Part shown: positions 11,901-24,640 of the stretch, piece by piece
Position numbering within the stretch: position 1 is the first letter of the stretch
How the letters are laid out: each line of letters begins with the position of its first letter
DNA from: Azolla caroliniana
Lineage: Eukaryota; Plantae; Polypodiophyta
Assembly: GCA_043228905.1 (NCBI GenBank)
Contig: JBHGNT010000008.1
Coordinates: forward strand, 17,980,001-18,044,000
Direction of reading: 5' to 3'
DNA length: 64,000 nucleotides
Notes under the pieces: model-generated
What the model saw: only the letters and a program-made list of their open reading frames with translations
Database searches by the model: none
What the model was told of the DNA's origin: nothing
Made by a program: the position numbers and the translations under genes

Positions 11901-12656
11901 TGTTGGGATTACGGTCCCTCCGGATGGGATGTCCGGAGATGAATGACGGCAAGCCCGGTTGCGGTTACGGAACCGGATGATGAAGACCCCGGTTACGGAG
12001 CCGGATGATGAAGACCCCGGTTACGGAGCCGGATGATGAAGACCCCGGTTACGGAACCGGATGATGAAGACCCCGGTTACGGAGCCGGATGATGAAGACC
12101 CCGGTTACGGAGCCGGATGATGAAGACCCCGGTTACGGAGCCGGATGATGAAGACCCCGGTTACGGAACCGGATGATGAATGTACCCGGAGAGAGATCCG
12201 GATGCGGAGACATATTTGTGAATATGTTTGCCAAGAGCCCTTGAGGCTATATTTGTAAATAGCCCGAAAGTCATATGTGTATAAATATGACTTAGGGCAA
12301 ACAGTTTTATGTGGTTGTTGCTCATTGTCTGTTTTTCCACTTAGAGGGAGCGAAGTGAGAGCAGCCGAGAGAGAGAGAGAGAGAAACGAAGAGGTCGACG
12401 CCTCTGTGTAATACCGCCGCCTGTGGCGAGGACAGCGAGCTCAAGGTCGTCGCCTTGCAGCTCGCCATTGTATATTCCAGTGTATAGTGGTAGTTGGAGT
12501 CGTGCACTCCCGTGGTTTTTCCCGTTTAGGGTTTTCCACGTTATACCCTGTGTATTCATCTCTCTGTGTCTCTGTTTTCATTTTTCTGCTGCATTGATCC
12601 GTGTTGTCTCGGTTGTGGCCGAGAGGCGAAAGATTTGATAGCGTCAAAGCTTTACA
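11901..12656 (+). repeat. 3' LTR of the Copia
   Basis: Direct repeat of 7029-7784. Confidence 0.97.
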
Positions 12657-12925
12657 TGATGGTGGTTGCGTTGTTATTGGCCGTGTTGATGGTGCCCGAG
12701 CTGCTCGTGGCCGAGCTGATGGTGATGGTGGTGGAGGTGCTAATCGTGGTCAAGTTGTTGATCATGTAGATGATCGAGAGGTTGTTGACCTTGTGGAGGA
12801 TGATCATGTTGATTTTGTGGAGGATGATCATGTTGAGGATATTCGTCTTCATGCGGCTTCATCATAAATGTTGATGCGGGGATGAATTCAACCTCTTTAT
12901 TTTGACGACTTTCAAGATTTTTCAT
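12657..12925 (-). pseudogene. His/Gln-rich low-complexity ORF remnant, continuing at about 6860-7028 across the Copia insertion
   Basis: PQHDHPPQNQHDHPPQGQQ...HHHHHQLGHEQLGHHQH, with TAG/TAA stops where Gln codons are expected; the same composition occurs on both sides of the TSD. Confidence 0.45.
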
Positions 12926-13069
12926 TTGCCATTGACTTTTTCTTCTATCAATTACCCTTTCTAATCTTTCACTAATATGTCTCTATAACTTTCGCGATTT
13001 TGATGAGATTTCCGTGACCAATCTTTCTTTTCATTATCTATTGTCAACATCTCTTGTATGTTTTCATTT

Positions 13070-15750
13070 TCCATTTGCTTGCATAAATGATCCTTGTATG
13101 GTGATCTGAGAGCTTTTTTGTTAGGGTAGGTCGGAATATTGTATAAGTAATGAGATACTCCTTCATCCTCATCTTCTACTAGAATATTTGCGTGTTTGCA
13201 ATGTTGAAACTGCTTCGAGAAACTCCTAGTGATCGGACCACCGTAAATTTCTATTTGGGAAACATTTGGAGTAATTAGATCATTAATCTTTAAATTTTGC
13301 TTAAAGTCGCATATCTCATGTTGTTTTTGTTGCTCAAGTACACTAATTTCATCAAATATGACTGATCGACTAAAGAAAAACTTGCGTGTATGTAGATCAA
13401 ATAATTTGTATGCTTTAAGTCTAGAAGATTCACCATATCCAATAAAAAAACATTCTTTAGTTTGAGGATCAAATTTCTTCCTTTTGTTTGTAGGTACATG
13501 ACTGTAAGAGATTGAACCAAACACTCGGAGATGACTAAGGTTAGGTTTAAGCTTAAACCGAAGTGAATATGGTGTTCCCAAACCAGTACCTTATGTGGTG
13601 ATCAGTTTTGCAGGTAACCTGCAGTGGCAATAACTTCTTGCTAAAATCGAAGAGGCAACCCGGCAATTTGGATCATACTTCGACATGCATCTAGGAGGGT
13701 TTGATTCTTACGCTCAACTATACCATTCTATTGTGGGTTGTATGGTACTGTATGCTCATGCCTTATTCCATTTTCTTCACAAAATCTCATCCATTGATCA
13801 CTAAAATACTCGCCTCCATTGTCGGTACGAATAGTCAAGATTAAGTTGACATTGATTTTCTACATATGCTTCATAACTTGTAAATGCATTGTATGCTCCT
13901 AATTTCTTCTTAAGAAAGTATAATACAGTGAATCTTGTGAAGTCATCTATAAATGAAATAAAATACTTGTTACCATCTATTGATAGAGATTGCATCGGTC
14001 CACATAAGTCCTAATGAATTAGTTGTAGTGGTCTTTCCGTCCTTTTTTGTTTGCCTATTGGAAACTTCTATCGATATTGCTCGCCGTAGATGCATCCCTT
14101 GCATATTGATATATAGCTAAATGAGTTCTTTGGAATAGCTTTGAATAATTTAGGAACTTTTCCAATCTTCATCGCCTTTAGGTTGAGATGCATGAGTCGA
14201 TGATGGCAAAGCATTGTAGGATCAATGTGTGTTGCGCCTGACGCAAAAAAGGCTTGTATAGGAGTTTTGTCCATCATTTGTAAATGGTAGAGTCTTCCAG
14301 ATTTGGGGCAAATCACTCTTAACATCTCACCAATAGATAATTCATGAGAAATAACCGCAAAATTTTTATTGAATTGTATACTTGTTCCATTTTTTGTTGC
14401 TTCACTTACGAATATTAAGTTTATCATTACACCTGGAACACAATAAACATTTGGAATGCTTACCTTCTTTGATTTGTTTAGAGACAAGTGTACTTCCCTT
14501 TTGCCAATGGCGACTTTTCTACCATGGTTGCCGAATGTAACTTGGAGTGCTTGTGGAAGGGGGCAATAGTTATTTAGAAGATTTCTATTATTTGTCAAGT
14601 GATGCGTCGCCCCAGTGTCGAAGAACCAAAGGTTGTCATTGCCTTTCTTTTGATTCACTTGACTTTCATTTGCATCACTTGTAAAAGCTTGTATAAAATT
14701 ATTTTCTTCATCTTCTTCACAATAGGTCACATTATCATTTTGTAATGATGCACTATGAATTTGAGGATAAGACATCTTCTCTTTCCTTTTAAGATCAAAT
14801 TACTTCTTTCTACAATCATTTTCAAAATGACCTTGTTTATTACAATACATACATGTGATTGTAGATATCGCCAAGCTTCCCATTCCATTTGATTTGTTCT
14901 TTTGTTGAAACTTTTGGTTGTTTGGAAACCATTGAAATTTCTACTTCGCAAAGTTGCGTCAATTATTTCTCATTGAGGCTGCCATGGCCATGTGGCTAGC
15001 CTTGTGTTGTGAAGTTGTTCTTTTCCTTCGTAGTTCATCCTGCTTTAGCTTTGCTACTAAATTTTGTAAATTTTTTTTGTCTTCACAATGAATACTTACA
15101 AAAGTCATCCATAATTTTGGCAACGCTCCCATTAAAATTTCACATTTGGACATTTCATCGATATTATTACTTGAGGAGATGGTTGTATCTAATTGTTTTT
15201 GCCACTTTATTATAAATGTGTCGATCTGTTCGCCTTCTTTCATTTGTAAGTTCATCAATGATCTGAATGAAAAACATTTAGTTGTCCCATCAGATGGTTG
15301 ATGAATCTACCGCAAATACTCCCACATTTTGTTTGTTGTTTGTAAGTTTCGAACATAATCAACTTGCTCGTCACTCAAATGCATTATTATCTCCATTCTA
15401 GCATCGAGGTCTCTGATTTTCCACATGCACATCCCAGTTTCTTGTGCAGGCATTTTCATGGAACCATCTATTATATCTTTTAGATTATTATGCTCCATTA
15501 TCAACTCCATCTATGTCTTCCACATCCTGTAATTGTGAGTAGTTAGTTTCTCAACTACATATTTTCTTACCATATTTGGTGGATTTGCAAGATGGTGATT
15601 GTTTGATGTGGATTGGATAGGTTTTCAGATTCTTCTTCGAACCCCATATTGCTTAGATCATCGGGATCAATCCAAGAAAAAAAAAATTGTGTTTTGAATG
15701 ATGTCTCAAATTTTTCTCTAATACCATATAAGAAATCAAGCAATAACACA
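13070..15750 (-). mobile_element. Degraded Copia gag-PR-IN segment
   Basis: Gag fragments, WFFDTGATHH protease, HHRLMH..C..C, YFISFIDDFTR and HLRVFGS..KRKKFDP; many frameshifts and stops. Confidence 0.9.
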
Positions 15751-15980
15751 AGAGATAGGAAGAAGATAACAGGGGGAGAGAGAGAGAGAGAGAGAGATCA
15801 AGAAACTAACAGTTGTATTTCTCACACCACATGAATAGTGGTTACAATGTGTGTATATATAAGAGGGTAGTTACAAAACGTTTTCATAAAAGAGGGGTAT
15901 TTTAGGAATAATTATTTCTTACTTTATTTATCATAATATGTTTTATTTTCCTAAGTTAATATTATTCTTTATTCTATATT

Positions 15981-16850
15981 CACCTTGGTGCCATGACCAA
16001 AGCATCGTAACATTGTATCTAGTCAGTGGGTACTCACAAAGAAGAAATATGCACATGGTGTAGTGACGAGATATAAAGCTCGTGTTGTTGCTCGTGGATT
16101 TTCAAAAATTCCTAGCGTGGATTTTAAAGAAACATTTGCTCCGACACTAAAAATGGTTCCATTACGTACCATGCTTGCTTTTTCGACTGGTTTTAATCTT
16201 CAACTTCACCACTTAGATATTGAGACCGCGTTTTTACATGGTGACTTAAACGAAGAAATATTCATGCAACACCCACATTTTTTGAAGATTCAAAATTCCC
16301 AAAGTATGTGTGTAAGCTTCATAAGTCATTGTATGGTTTGAAACAATTTCCACGAATGTGGCATTATAAGCTCCATACACTTCTTATGTCTATTAATTTT
16401 CAGTGTCTTCAAGCCGAGCCAAATCTTTAGGAAGTGACTATGTAACCATTGGTGTGTATGTTGATGATTTGCCAATTGCCTCTAACTCTAGTACTTCGAT
16501 GTACAAGGCTATAAATCAACTCAAGGAGAAGTTTCCCATCAAAGACATGGGACCACTAGAGTATTGCCTTGGTATCAAGGTAACAAGGAATAGGACGAAA
16601 GGCACACTTACCATGTCACAATGGAAGTTGGTCGAAGAAATTCTTCGCAAGTTTGAGATGTCCAACTGTAAACCTATTGCAACACCAATGACCGTATTGT
16701 GCAAACTATCATCCAATGATAGTCCAAAGAACGTGGAAGAAGAGCAACTCATGAAATCACTTCCTTATCGACAAATCTTTGGATGTATAAGGTACATTGT
16801 GAGTTGTACACGTCCGGATTTGTCTTACTCAACTCTCGTTTTCTTTCTAG
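15981..16850 (+). mobile_element. Degraded Copia reverse transcriptase fragment
   Basis: RYKARVVARGF, LDIETAFLHGDL, GVYVDDL, CTRPDL. Confidence 0.9.
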
Positions 16851-17114
16851 ATTTAAGGCATGTGCTTGCTCAAAAAGGTACACCACAATATGTGCACATC
16901 ATAAATTAGGCCAATGTCTTGCTTACTTTCTCTGCATGTATGTATTCTATTGGAACACGTGCTTAGTAATCTTTTGAGATACTACATTCCATATCAAGTT
17001 ATATTGGTATGAAACCCTCTCATGTGTTTAACTCCATGACACAAACTTTGTTTCTTGATGAGTAAACCCTCGTAGGGAGTATGTTTGCAACAAGGAAACC
17101 GAAAGAACTCCAGA

Positions 17115-17271
17115 ACGACTGCTCTATGCCCAACGTATTCTGGAGCACCATCCCTGGCAGTGGTGGGTTGGCGGCAAAGAGGGCCACAGCAAGCTGGGAG
17201 AGCCCTGGATTCTGGCTGTTCAAGGCGGCGATGGCCAGAGCTGGATGCTTCTTGTCCAGGTTGATCTGGAA
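17115..17271 (-). pseudogene. GLP C-terminal fragment, inverted relative to the array
   Basis: FQINLDKKHPALAIAALNSQNPGLSQLAVALFAANPPLPGMVLQNTLGIEQS. Confidence 0.9.
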
Positions 17272-18329
17272 GAAGAAGAAGGCATGTCTGTTAATGAATA
17301 GGAGTAGAGTGTTGTTGTTTCTTATATGTGAGGCTGGAAGAGTTTGTTGTTGTTTACTGAATGTGCGTGAATGAGAGACAGTAGTAGGGAAGGATAGGGA
17401 TGGGGTAGGATGATGAGAATGAGGATGTATTTATATATATATATATACACAGAGAGACAGAGAGACAGAGAGAGAGTGTGTGTTCTGTGTGTGCAGAGGA
17501 GAGGAGAGGTAAGGAGAGGCAACGCGTTGTTGAATTGAAGACGCGAGAAAGAAAGAAACTGTAAATGTGCAGGAAAGAAAGGAAGAAAGAAAAAGTATAA
17601 AGGCAAACAAGACGGACATATTTTCTCTTTCTCTTTCTTTTGAGAGACACACACATGCTTGGACATATTCTCTTTCTCTTCTCACGGACACATGGTTGGA
17701 ACTTGGAACTTCGTAATATACTCGAATGCATTGCCAAACATTCTTTTTCATACGAATGCAAACCAATGCGTATGTTATCAAAACATTCTTACTGTTTTTT
17801 CACTTGATACCTTAACTTTCTTCCCTCTAAAAAAATTTTACCTTACAATAAATAATGAATACAAATGTATGGTATTTAGCATACTTCGAGGGTGTTTACC
17901 ATACTCGAATGATTGAAACATTTTCGAATGCCAATGCACATATGGTTCATACGATGCTTGGAAGTATCATTATTATTTATTGTTGTAGGATATGTTCGGC
18001 ACAATTTTGTCACAACCGATCAGATGCTAGACATTAAAATGTAATAGGCTATATTGGTAGCATATATTCTATGATTCCACCTAAATATGCGATAACAATA
18101 GTCACATGGTTACTTGTATGCAGATATAAGAGCTACTAGGTGCCACGTGATGTAGAGAGTTGTGCGGTGACACACATTCATGGTCTAACTTTTGCATACC
18201 TAATTCTATAGAAAGGGTGTCCTCTCAGAATTGTTCTCAAGAAGCTCAACACCAATTATTGTGTTTACTTGTCTTTTTCATTTCTCGTGTATCTCCCTTT
18301 TTTGTGTAGTTTTATTCACAACTCATCTC

Positions 18330-19270
18330 ACACTTTGGATGTCATTTCACATCCATAATATTTTGACCTTCTTCCAACATAATGAGCCTTATTACAAACC
18401 TTATTGAGATTATGGCAATCCAATCAATTACAATTGGAAAATGTTGTGGTTTGTGAGTTCTTCCTATCAAAACATTGCCCTTCTATAGCACACAGCCCAA
18501 GCCACATCTTAGTTTGGCTTCTCATTTGGAGAAAAACGTAGGCTTTAATGATAAATTTGATGTCAATTAGGATCTTATACATGGGTTCATCAAATAAGTT
18601 CCGTTTATCATGGGTCTCATTTGAAGCATCTATGGTTTGGATGCTTCATGAATGACACATTGAGGGCTGTCAAGGGTGTTTCACCTAACGAGTGTGCTTA
18701 TTATTTTCAAGTCCTAGAAAACCATAGTTTGCAACCTTATACCTTTTATTGCAGTTATCTACAACACTTGTGAAGTGCACTAGTCAGAGTGGTTGCTAAA
18801 ACTCGAAAGAAATGGATGCTTAATCCTTATCCTTCAATTGCTCATAAGTGTGATATGTTGTGGTTATACGCAAAAGATCTTGTTGCAAGATTAGCATGGG
18901 ATCCAGGGAGTTGTTTTTTGTCACGTTCCTTGGGGGAATAGATCATAAAGGTTCCCTTCTCTCAATACTCAGTAAAACTTGGAAGATCATTACTACTCTC
19001 TCGGAATGAAACGATACCATCAGTTCAGAAACATTGGACCACCTGGGGTGTCTCAACTTTGCATTTGAAAACCTACTAGAGATGGATCTGGTCATTTAAG
19101 GAGCCAACTAAATTTATTCTCTTTAGATTGCTATTAGTGCATATGACATTACTAGTTGGTCCAATCTTCAGCAATGTGGCTTTTACCATGAAGCTCAAGA
19201 GATTGCCAAGCATGTCCTCTAGTCTTGTCCCTTCGTTCAACAACTATGGAATAAAGTTCTTTCATCATTC
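18330..19270 (+). mobile_element. L1 LINE 3' (zf-RVT region) remnant, copy A
   Basis: ARLAWDPGS..., WIWSFKEPTKFILFR.LLVH and a degenerate Cys/His region resemble L1 ORF2 C-termini. Confidence 0.55.
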
Positions 19271-19306
19271 TTTTAAATAATGTGCGCGTGTGTATATGCA
19301 CGTGAG

Positions 19307-19355
<49 letters not shown>

Positions 19356-19554
19356 CTAAAACAAGAAAACTATATATTACATCAAACAGTAACTAAGTTA
19401 CAAAAGGTTGGTTTAAATACCAACCAATCTAGGGCCAATGCCCTTTCTACTAATTACAAATCTAGCCTAGTATGATGTCCACTGGCCATTGTGAACACTG
19501 CACTGCCTCTATGGGAAGTTGACTTTGATTCTCAACAATTCTTAACTATCAATA

Positions 19555-19925
19555 TCGGATGCTTATTTTCATGCGGATCAACAATGTGGGGAGTGTTCGT
19601 GTTCGACTGTTTGATTGTTTGTTCGTACTTCGACTTCGATCGATTGATCGGTTACTCCTGCTTCTCGGCTGCTTCCGTGTCACCTGTTGTACTTCCCCTC
19701 AAGCTCTGGAATATAGAGATTGTGAGACCAAGGTCCGATGCGAATTGCCCAATCTTGTTGACTCCTAAGCCCTTCGTAAAGATGTCAGCAACTTGAAGGT
19801 TCGTACTGATGTGTTGGAGATCGATTTTGCCAGCCTGAACTCGCTCATGAATGTAGTGCACTTCGATGTGCTTAGTCCGCTCGTGGAATACGGGGTTCCC
19901 AGCGAGGTAGATGTTGCTCATGTTG
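19555..19925 (-). mobile_element. Copia RNase H end, PPT and start of 3' LTR remnant
   Basis: NPVFHERTKHIEVHY...QVADIFTKGL...SLRGS followed by purine tract GAGGGGAAG. Confidence 0.88.
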
Positions 19926-20399
19926 TCGCAAAAGTGGCTCTCTTTGCGCGGAGGAGAGATTGTAGGGTAGGGTAGGGTAGGAAGATGAGAATGAGGATAT
20001 GTATATATATAGAGAGACAGAGACAGTGTGTGGGTTGTGTGTGCAGAGAAGAGGTGGCAACACGTTGTTGAATTGAAGACGCGAGAAAGAAAGAAATCGT
20101 AAATCTACAGAAAGAAAGAAAAAGTAAAAGGCAAACAAGACGGAAATATTCTCTTTCTCTTTCTTTTGAGAGACACACACATGCTTGGAAGTATCATTAT
20201 TATTTATTGTTGTAGGAGATGTGCGGCACAATTTTGTAAAACACGACCTATGAGGTGCTAGACATTAAAATGTAATACGCTATACTGGTAGCATATTCTA
20301 TGGGAAGTTCGGCACCAATTATTGTGTTTACTTACTTGTCTTTTTCATTTCTCATGTATCCCATTTTCTGTGTTTTTGTGTAATTTTATTCACAACTCA

Positions 20400-21720
20400 T
20401 CTCACATTTTGGATGTCATTTCACATACATAATATTTTGACCTTCTTCCAACATGATGAGCCCTATTACAAACCTTATTGAGATTATGGCAGTCCAATCA
20501 ATTACAACAAATGCCACAATAAGTTCTTATTGCACATTTCCAATCTGTTCATGGTGCCAAGATAATGACTAGTAGCATATCCGTAGCATATTCTTCATTT
20601 TCTACAACCTTCCAACCCATGCAGGAACATCTGTGGTTTGGATGCTTCATGAATGACACATTGATGGCTTTCAAGGGTGCTTCACCTAACGGGTGCGCTT
20701 ATTATTTTCAGGTCCTAGATAACCATAGTTTGCAACCTTATACCTTTGATTGCAGTTATCTACATCACTTGCGAAGTGCACTAGTCAGAGTGGTTGCTAA
20801 ACTCGAAAGAAATGGATGCTTAATCCTTATCCTTCAATTGCTCATATGTGTGATATGTTGTGGTTATATGCAAAAGATCTTGTTGCAAGATTAGCATGGG
20901 ATCCAGGGAGTTGGTTTTGGTCACATTCCTTGGGGGAACAAATCATAAAGATTACCTTCTTTCAGTACTCAATAAAACTTGGAAGATCATTACTGCTCTC
21001 TTGAAATGTAACGATACCAGCTGTTCAAAAACATTGGACCACCTGGGGTGTCTCAACTTTGCATTTGAAAACTTACTGGAGATGAACCTAGTCATTTAAG
21101 GGGTCAACTAAATTTATTCTCTTCAGATGCCTATTAGTGCATATGACATGACTAGTTGGTCACTCATTGAAATGGAATGTAGCACCCAGACTTCGGCAAT
21201 GTGGCTTTTGCCATGAAGCTCAAGAGACTACCAAGCATGTCCTCTAGTCTTGTCTCTTGGCTCAACAAGTATGGAATAAAATCCTTTCGTTATTCTTAAC
21301 AATCAATGTTGGTTGCGTATTTTCATGGGGATCATCGATCTGATATGGGAAGTGTTACATTCCAGCTTGATGTTCTATGAGGCAAACAATGTTCACGAGC
21401 CAATGATGGTATAATTAAAGAAGATTGATATTAGTCAACCCCTTTTAGCAACCTCAAAAGCAGGTGTGATATGTCCATGTTTGGAAAACAGTGACTATGG
21501 TAACATTATGGGCATTATGGAAATTTTGATGTAACCAATTTTATGATGCGAGAGATATTTGTCTCTCAAATGTCCTGCTTGTGATATGGGAGAATTTGTT
21601 GGCAGTAGTCTGTGGCTAGTATGACAATATGGATGGTTCCCTAGAGACTATGAATAAGAGAAGGAAGAAGCTTCTTCACTTAATGGAAAAAGTTTCCCCT
21701 ATTTACAGAGTCAACTCAAG
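20400..21720 (+). mobile_element. L1 LINE 3' remnant, copy B
   Basis: Duplicate of copy A (LAWDPGSWFW...FFQYSIKLGR) that extends further 3'. Confidence 0.55.
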
Positions 21721-21799
21721 GGCCTCAATGGTCGACTTCCATGGACCCTTTCTTGAATATCAATAAATCATGGCAATGTACATCACCAAATTCCAACAC

Positions 21800-22778
21800 C
21801 TTCTACAAAGTCCTATCTTTGGTCCTAGGATTATTGTACATCATTGTACATAAAAAGTTGTAAGCTCTTGGGCAAACAAGTTTAAGTTGTAGCCTTCGGG
21901 CGTTTTTTCTTAATACTATTAAAGACGATCTTTGAAAAGAAGAAGACGAAGAAAGCAAGGGTCAAAGACAACTAATGGTTTGATGGTGACATTACCTTCA
22001 ATTGAGAAAATTTAACAAAGAGCAGTTCCTATGGGTTTACTATAAGAGCTTTGACAACCAACACAATTCATTTTACAATTTACGAACTGGTGGTTTGCTT
22101 CATATATGGTGATTAGGATGTCAAATGATAATGTCTTTTATCACCTATCTAAATTTGATGTAACAATATTGGTGGTGCCCATTATGGCAGAAGAATCAAA
22201 ATTTTCAATAAGTGGTGGCAAGACAACCCACTTTGGATAGAGATTTTGATAGTTGAAGGTATGCATCTAGGTAATTTGTAGAGGGCACTTATATGTTAAA
22301 AGATATCGCTTGTGTTTGTGACTTTGAATGCAATTATAGGTGAGAGTCATGCATGTTAGATGTATTTACTATCGAAGAGGATGTTCTAGTTCTATCTTAC
22401 CATGTGAAAAGTGGAATGTAGGGGAATGCATTAGGAATTAATGTAGAGAGGGCAACACGATATACTGATTAGTTAGCAAGTTGACAAGCATGCAAACACA
22501 ATTCTTTCATGGACACATGGGTATGTTGTATCGGTAATGTCGACGAGGGGGTGAGTAGGTGAGGTGTGTCCTAGGAAGGGGCGAGGTGAAAACTCGCGAG
22601 GCAAACTCAAAAACACTACATATGCCTTAAGATTACAAATTCACACTTAGCGTTACACACACGTAAACCTTCTCATAGACCACTAAAGGCTCCTTTTGAA
22701 TGTTATCAAGGGAGTTGCCCAAAAAAAGCTAGAATTTCATAAGAAGCATCTCAAGAGACGGAGAGAGAGACACACACA

Positions 22779-22820
<42 letters not shown>
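21800..22820 (+). repeat. Paralogous GLP upstream region ending in (CT)n
   Basis: 22490-22790 is homologous to 1-350, 26860-27130 and 32060-32380; 22200-22450 is homologous to 31750-32040. Confidence 0.8.
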
Positions 22821-22821
<1 letters not shown>

Positions 22822-24520
22822 AATCTTCGTGCACCTAAACAAGCTAGCTTTAGACAAGCCTTCTCCACCATTGATCATATCTTCACACTTAGATGCTTAA
22901 TTGACCAAACTAAGGCTCGCAAGAAGAAATTATATTGTTGTTTTGTGGACTTCCGCAAGGCCTTTGACACAGTCCCTAGATAGCGGTTGTTTTATAGGCT
23001 TAAAAGCTTGAGAATACCACATGACATGGGTTGGGCCATCTATGCACTATATGAACAAGTGTCCAGGTGTGTTTGATGCCCAGGTGGCCTATCCAATTGT
23101 TTCACTAGCACTATTGGTGTAAAACAAGGTTGCCACCTATCACCGACACTTTTTGGGATCTACATTGATGAGATCACATATTTTATTGCTCATAAGAGAG
23201 GCAACTGAGTAGTCCTTGGGGATACGCAGGTTCATATCTTGCTCTATGTGGATGACATAGTTTTGCTCTCTGAATCCGAACACGACCTACAAAGGCACCT
23301 TAATGCCTTACATGACTTTTGTGCACGACGAGGATTGGTAGTGAATCTAGGGAAAACTAAAGTCCTTATCTTCCACAAATCGGCCCAAGTTAGAGCTAAG
23401 TGTCACCTAACTATCTCCCATAGCCCAATTGAGGGTGTTGGATCATACATCTATCTTGGAGTCACTTTCAGTGCTCGCTCAGGTAAATTTTCGATGACAC
23501 AAGCAGCGAAGGATAGACTTACGAGAGGACATGCATCCCTCTCACTCCTAGAGAGGCAATGCCACCAACCATACTTTCAGGAACCATGGACTAAAGGGTG
23601 GCTCTTTGACTCATTAGTGACCCCCTCCCCCATATATGCGTCAGCGGTTTGGGCTCCAAGATTACCATCTTTCATGTGGACGCAATTAGAGAGGCCATTG
23701 GTGATGATGTTATCACGCCAACTCCGAAGCAAATCGACAGTGCCACATGACATTATTAGGGCTGAGTTCACGTTACCCCCAATGTTAGTAGCGTCACTTT
23801 TCCAACTTGTAGTCTGTCTTCATAGGATACATAGCCAACCACATGATAGAATATCTCATCAAGCCTTTAAGGCCTCTCGATCATTGTATGAGTCCAGCTA
23901 TACTAGCTCATGGTATGGCATGATGGTGAGTTGGCTTCTTGTGAATGGTCTAGACATTAATAACCTACCTCCCCTTAGGTACAACCACACGATTGATAAC
24001 ACTTTAATCTCTCATGAGGACCGCAATAAAGTAATACGCCAAGACATATGGCAAATTTACACTCGGAATAAATGGATCACTCCACGAGAGCCACTCCCAT
24101 CTAAAATGGTGTACTATAAGGAACACTTCATGCACTTCTCTGAGTTAGGTTTTATCACGCGGCCAAAATATCTAAATGTATTCTTACCACATGCACTAAG
24201 GGTTGCCATTGAACAACTTAGAATATCATCTCACCAACTTGAGATTGAGAATGGTCGTACTAATGGAGTCCCTAGGGAGGAAAGGATATGTAGGTTATGT
24301 CACATAGAGATAGAGGATGAGTATCACTTTACATGCAAGTGCCCAATCTACGCCGAGATAAGGGCAAAATACCAAGACATACTTGGTTCCTCTCCCGCCC
24401 TCCCCAAACTATTAGATACTCTAGATATAATGAAATTAGGCAAATACATTCTAGAGCTAAAACAACACAGAGAGAATAAGTTACAAAATGTTGACAATAA
24501 TGTTGTTAATGTTCACCAAC
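22821..24520 (+). mobile_element. 5'-truncated non-LTR retrotransposon (RTE/RTEX-like ORF2)
   Basis: QASFRQAFSTIDHIFTLR, CFVDFRKAFDTV, GVKQGC.LSP.LF, LYVDD, and C-terminal LRISSHQLEIENGR..PREERICRLC..EDEYHF..CP.Y; several stops. Clade assignment is from recall. Confidence 0.88.
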
Positions 24521-24640
24521 ACAATGGTGTGCAGGCGATCGTCACCCTCACCTCTGTCGACAACTTCCCGGGCCTCACCACTCTGGGCCTGTCCATCGCT
24601 CGCATTGACTTCCCACCCAATGGTGGCCTCAACCCTCCCC
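24521..24640 (+). pseudogene. Internal GLP fragment fused in frame to the LINE ORF
   Basis: NGVQAIVTLTSVDNFPGLTTLGLSIARIDFPPNGGLNPP, nearly identical to GLP copy 2. Confidence 0.93.

Larger units (their letters stand above)
7029..12656 (+). mobile_element. Full-length, very young Ty1/Copia LTR retrotransposon (Tnt1/Tork-like)
   Basis: Two 756-bp TG..CA LTRs, 5-bp TSD TGATG (7024-7028, 12657-12661), PBS, PPT GAAGGGGGAG before 11901 and an uninterrupted gag-pol ORF. Confidence 0.98.
17380..21300 (+). repeat. Local tandem duplication: about 17380-19270 repeated at about 19965-21300, with internal deletions
   Basis: Long near-identical blocks visible; 17990-18310 is also homologous to 26540-26850 upstream of GLP copy 2. 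Confidence 0.85.

Noticed and set aside
7729-11952. Many overlapping and antisense ORFs within the Copia (likewise within the GLPs and the Gypsy)
   Set aside because: Shadow ORFs expected in GC-rich coding DNA; no recognisable motifs.
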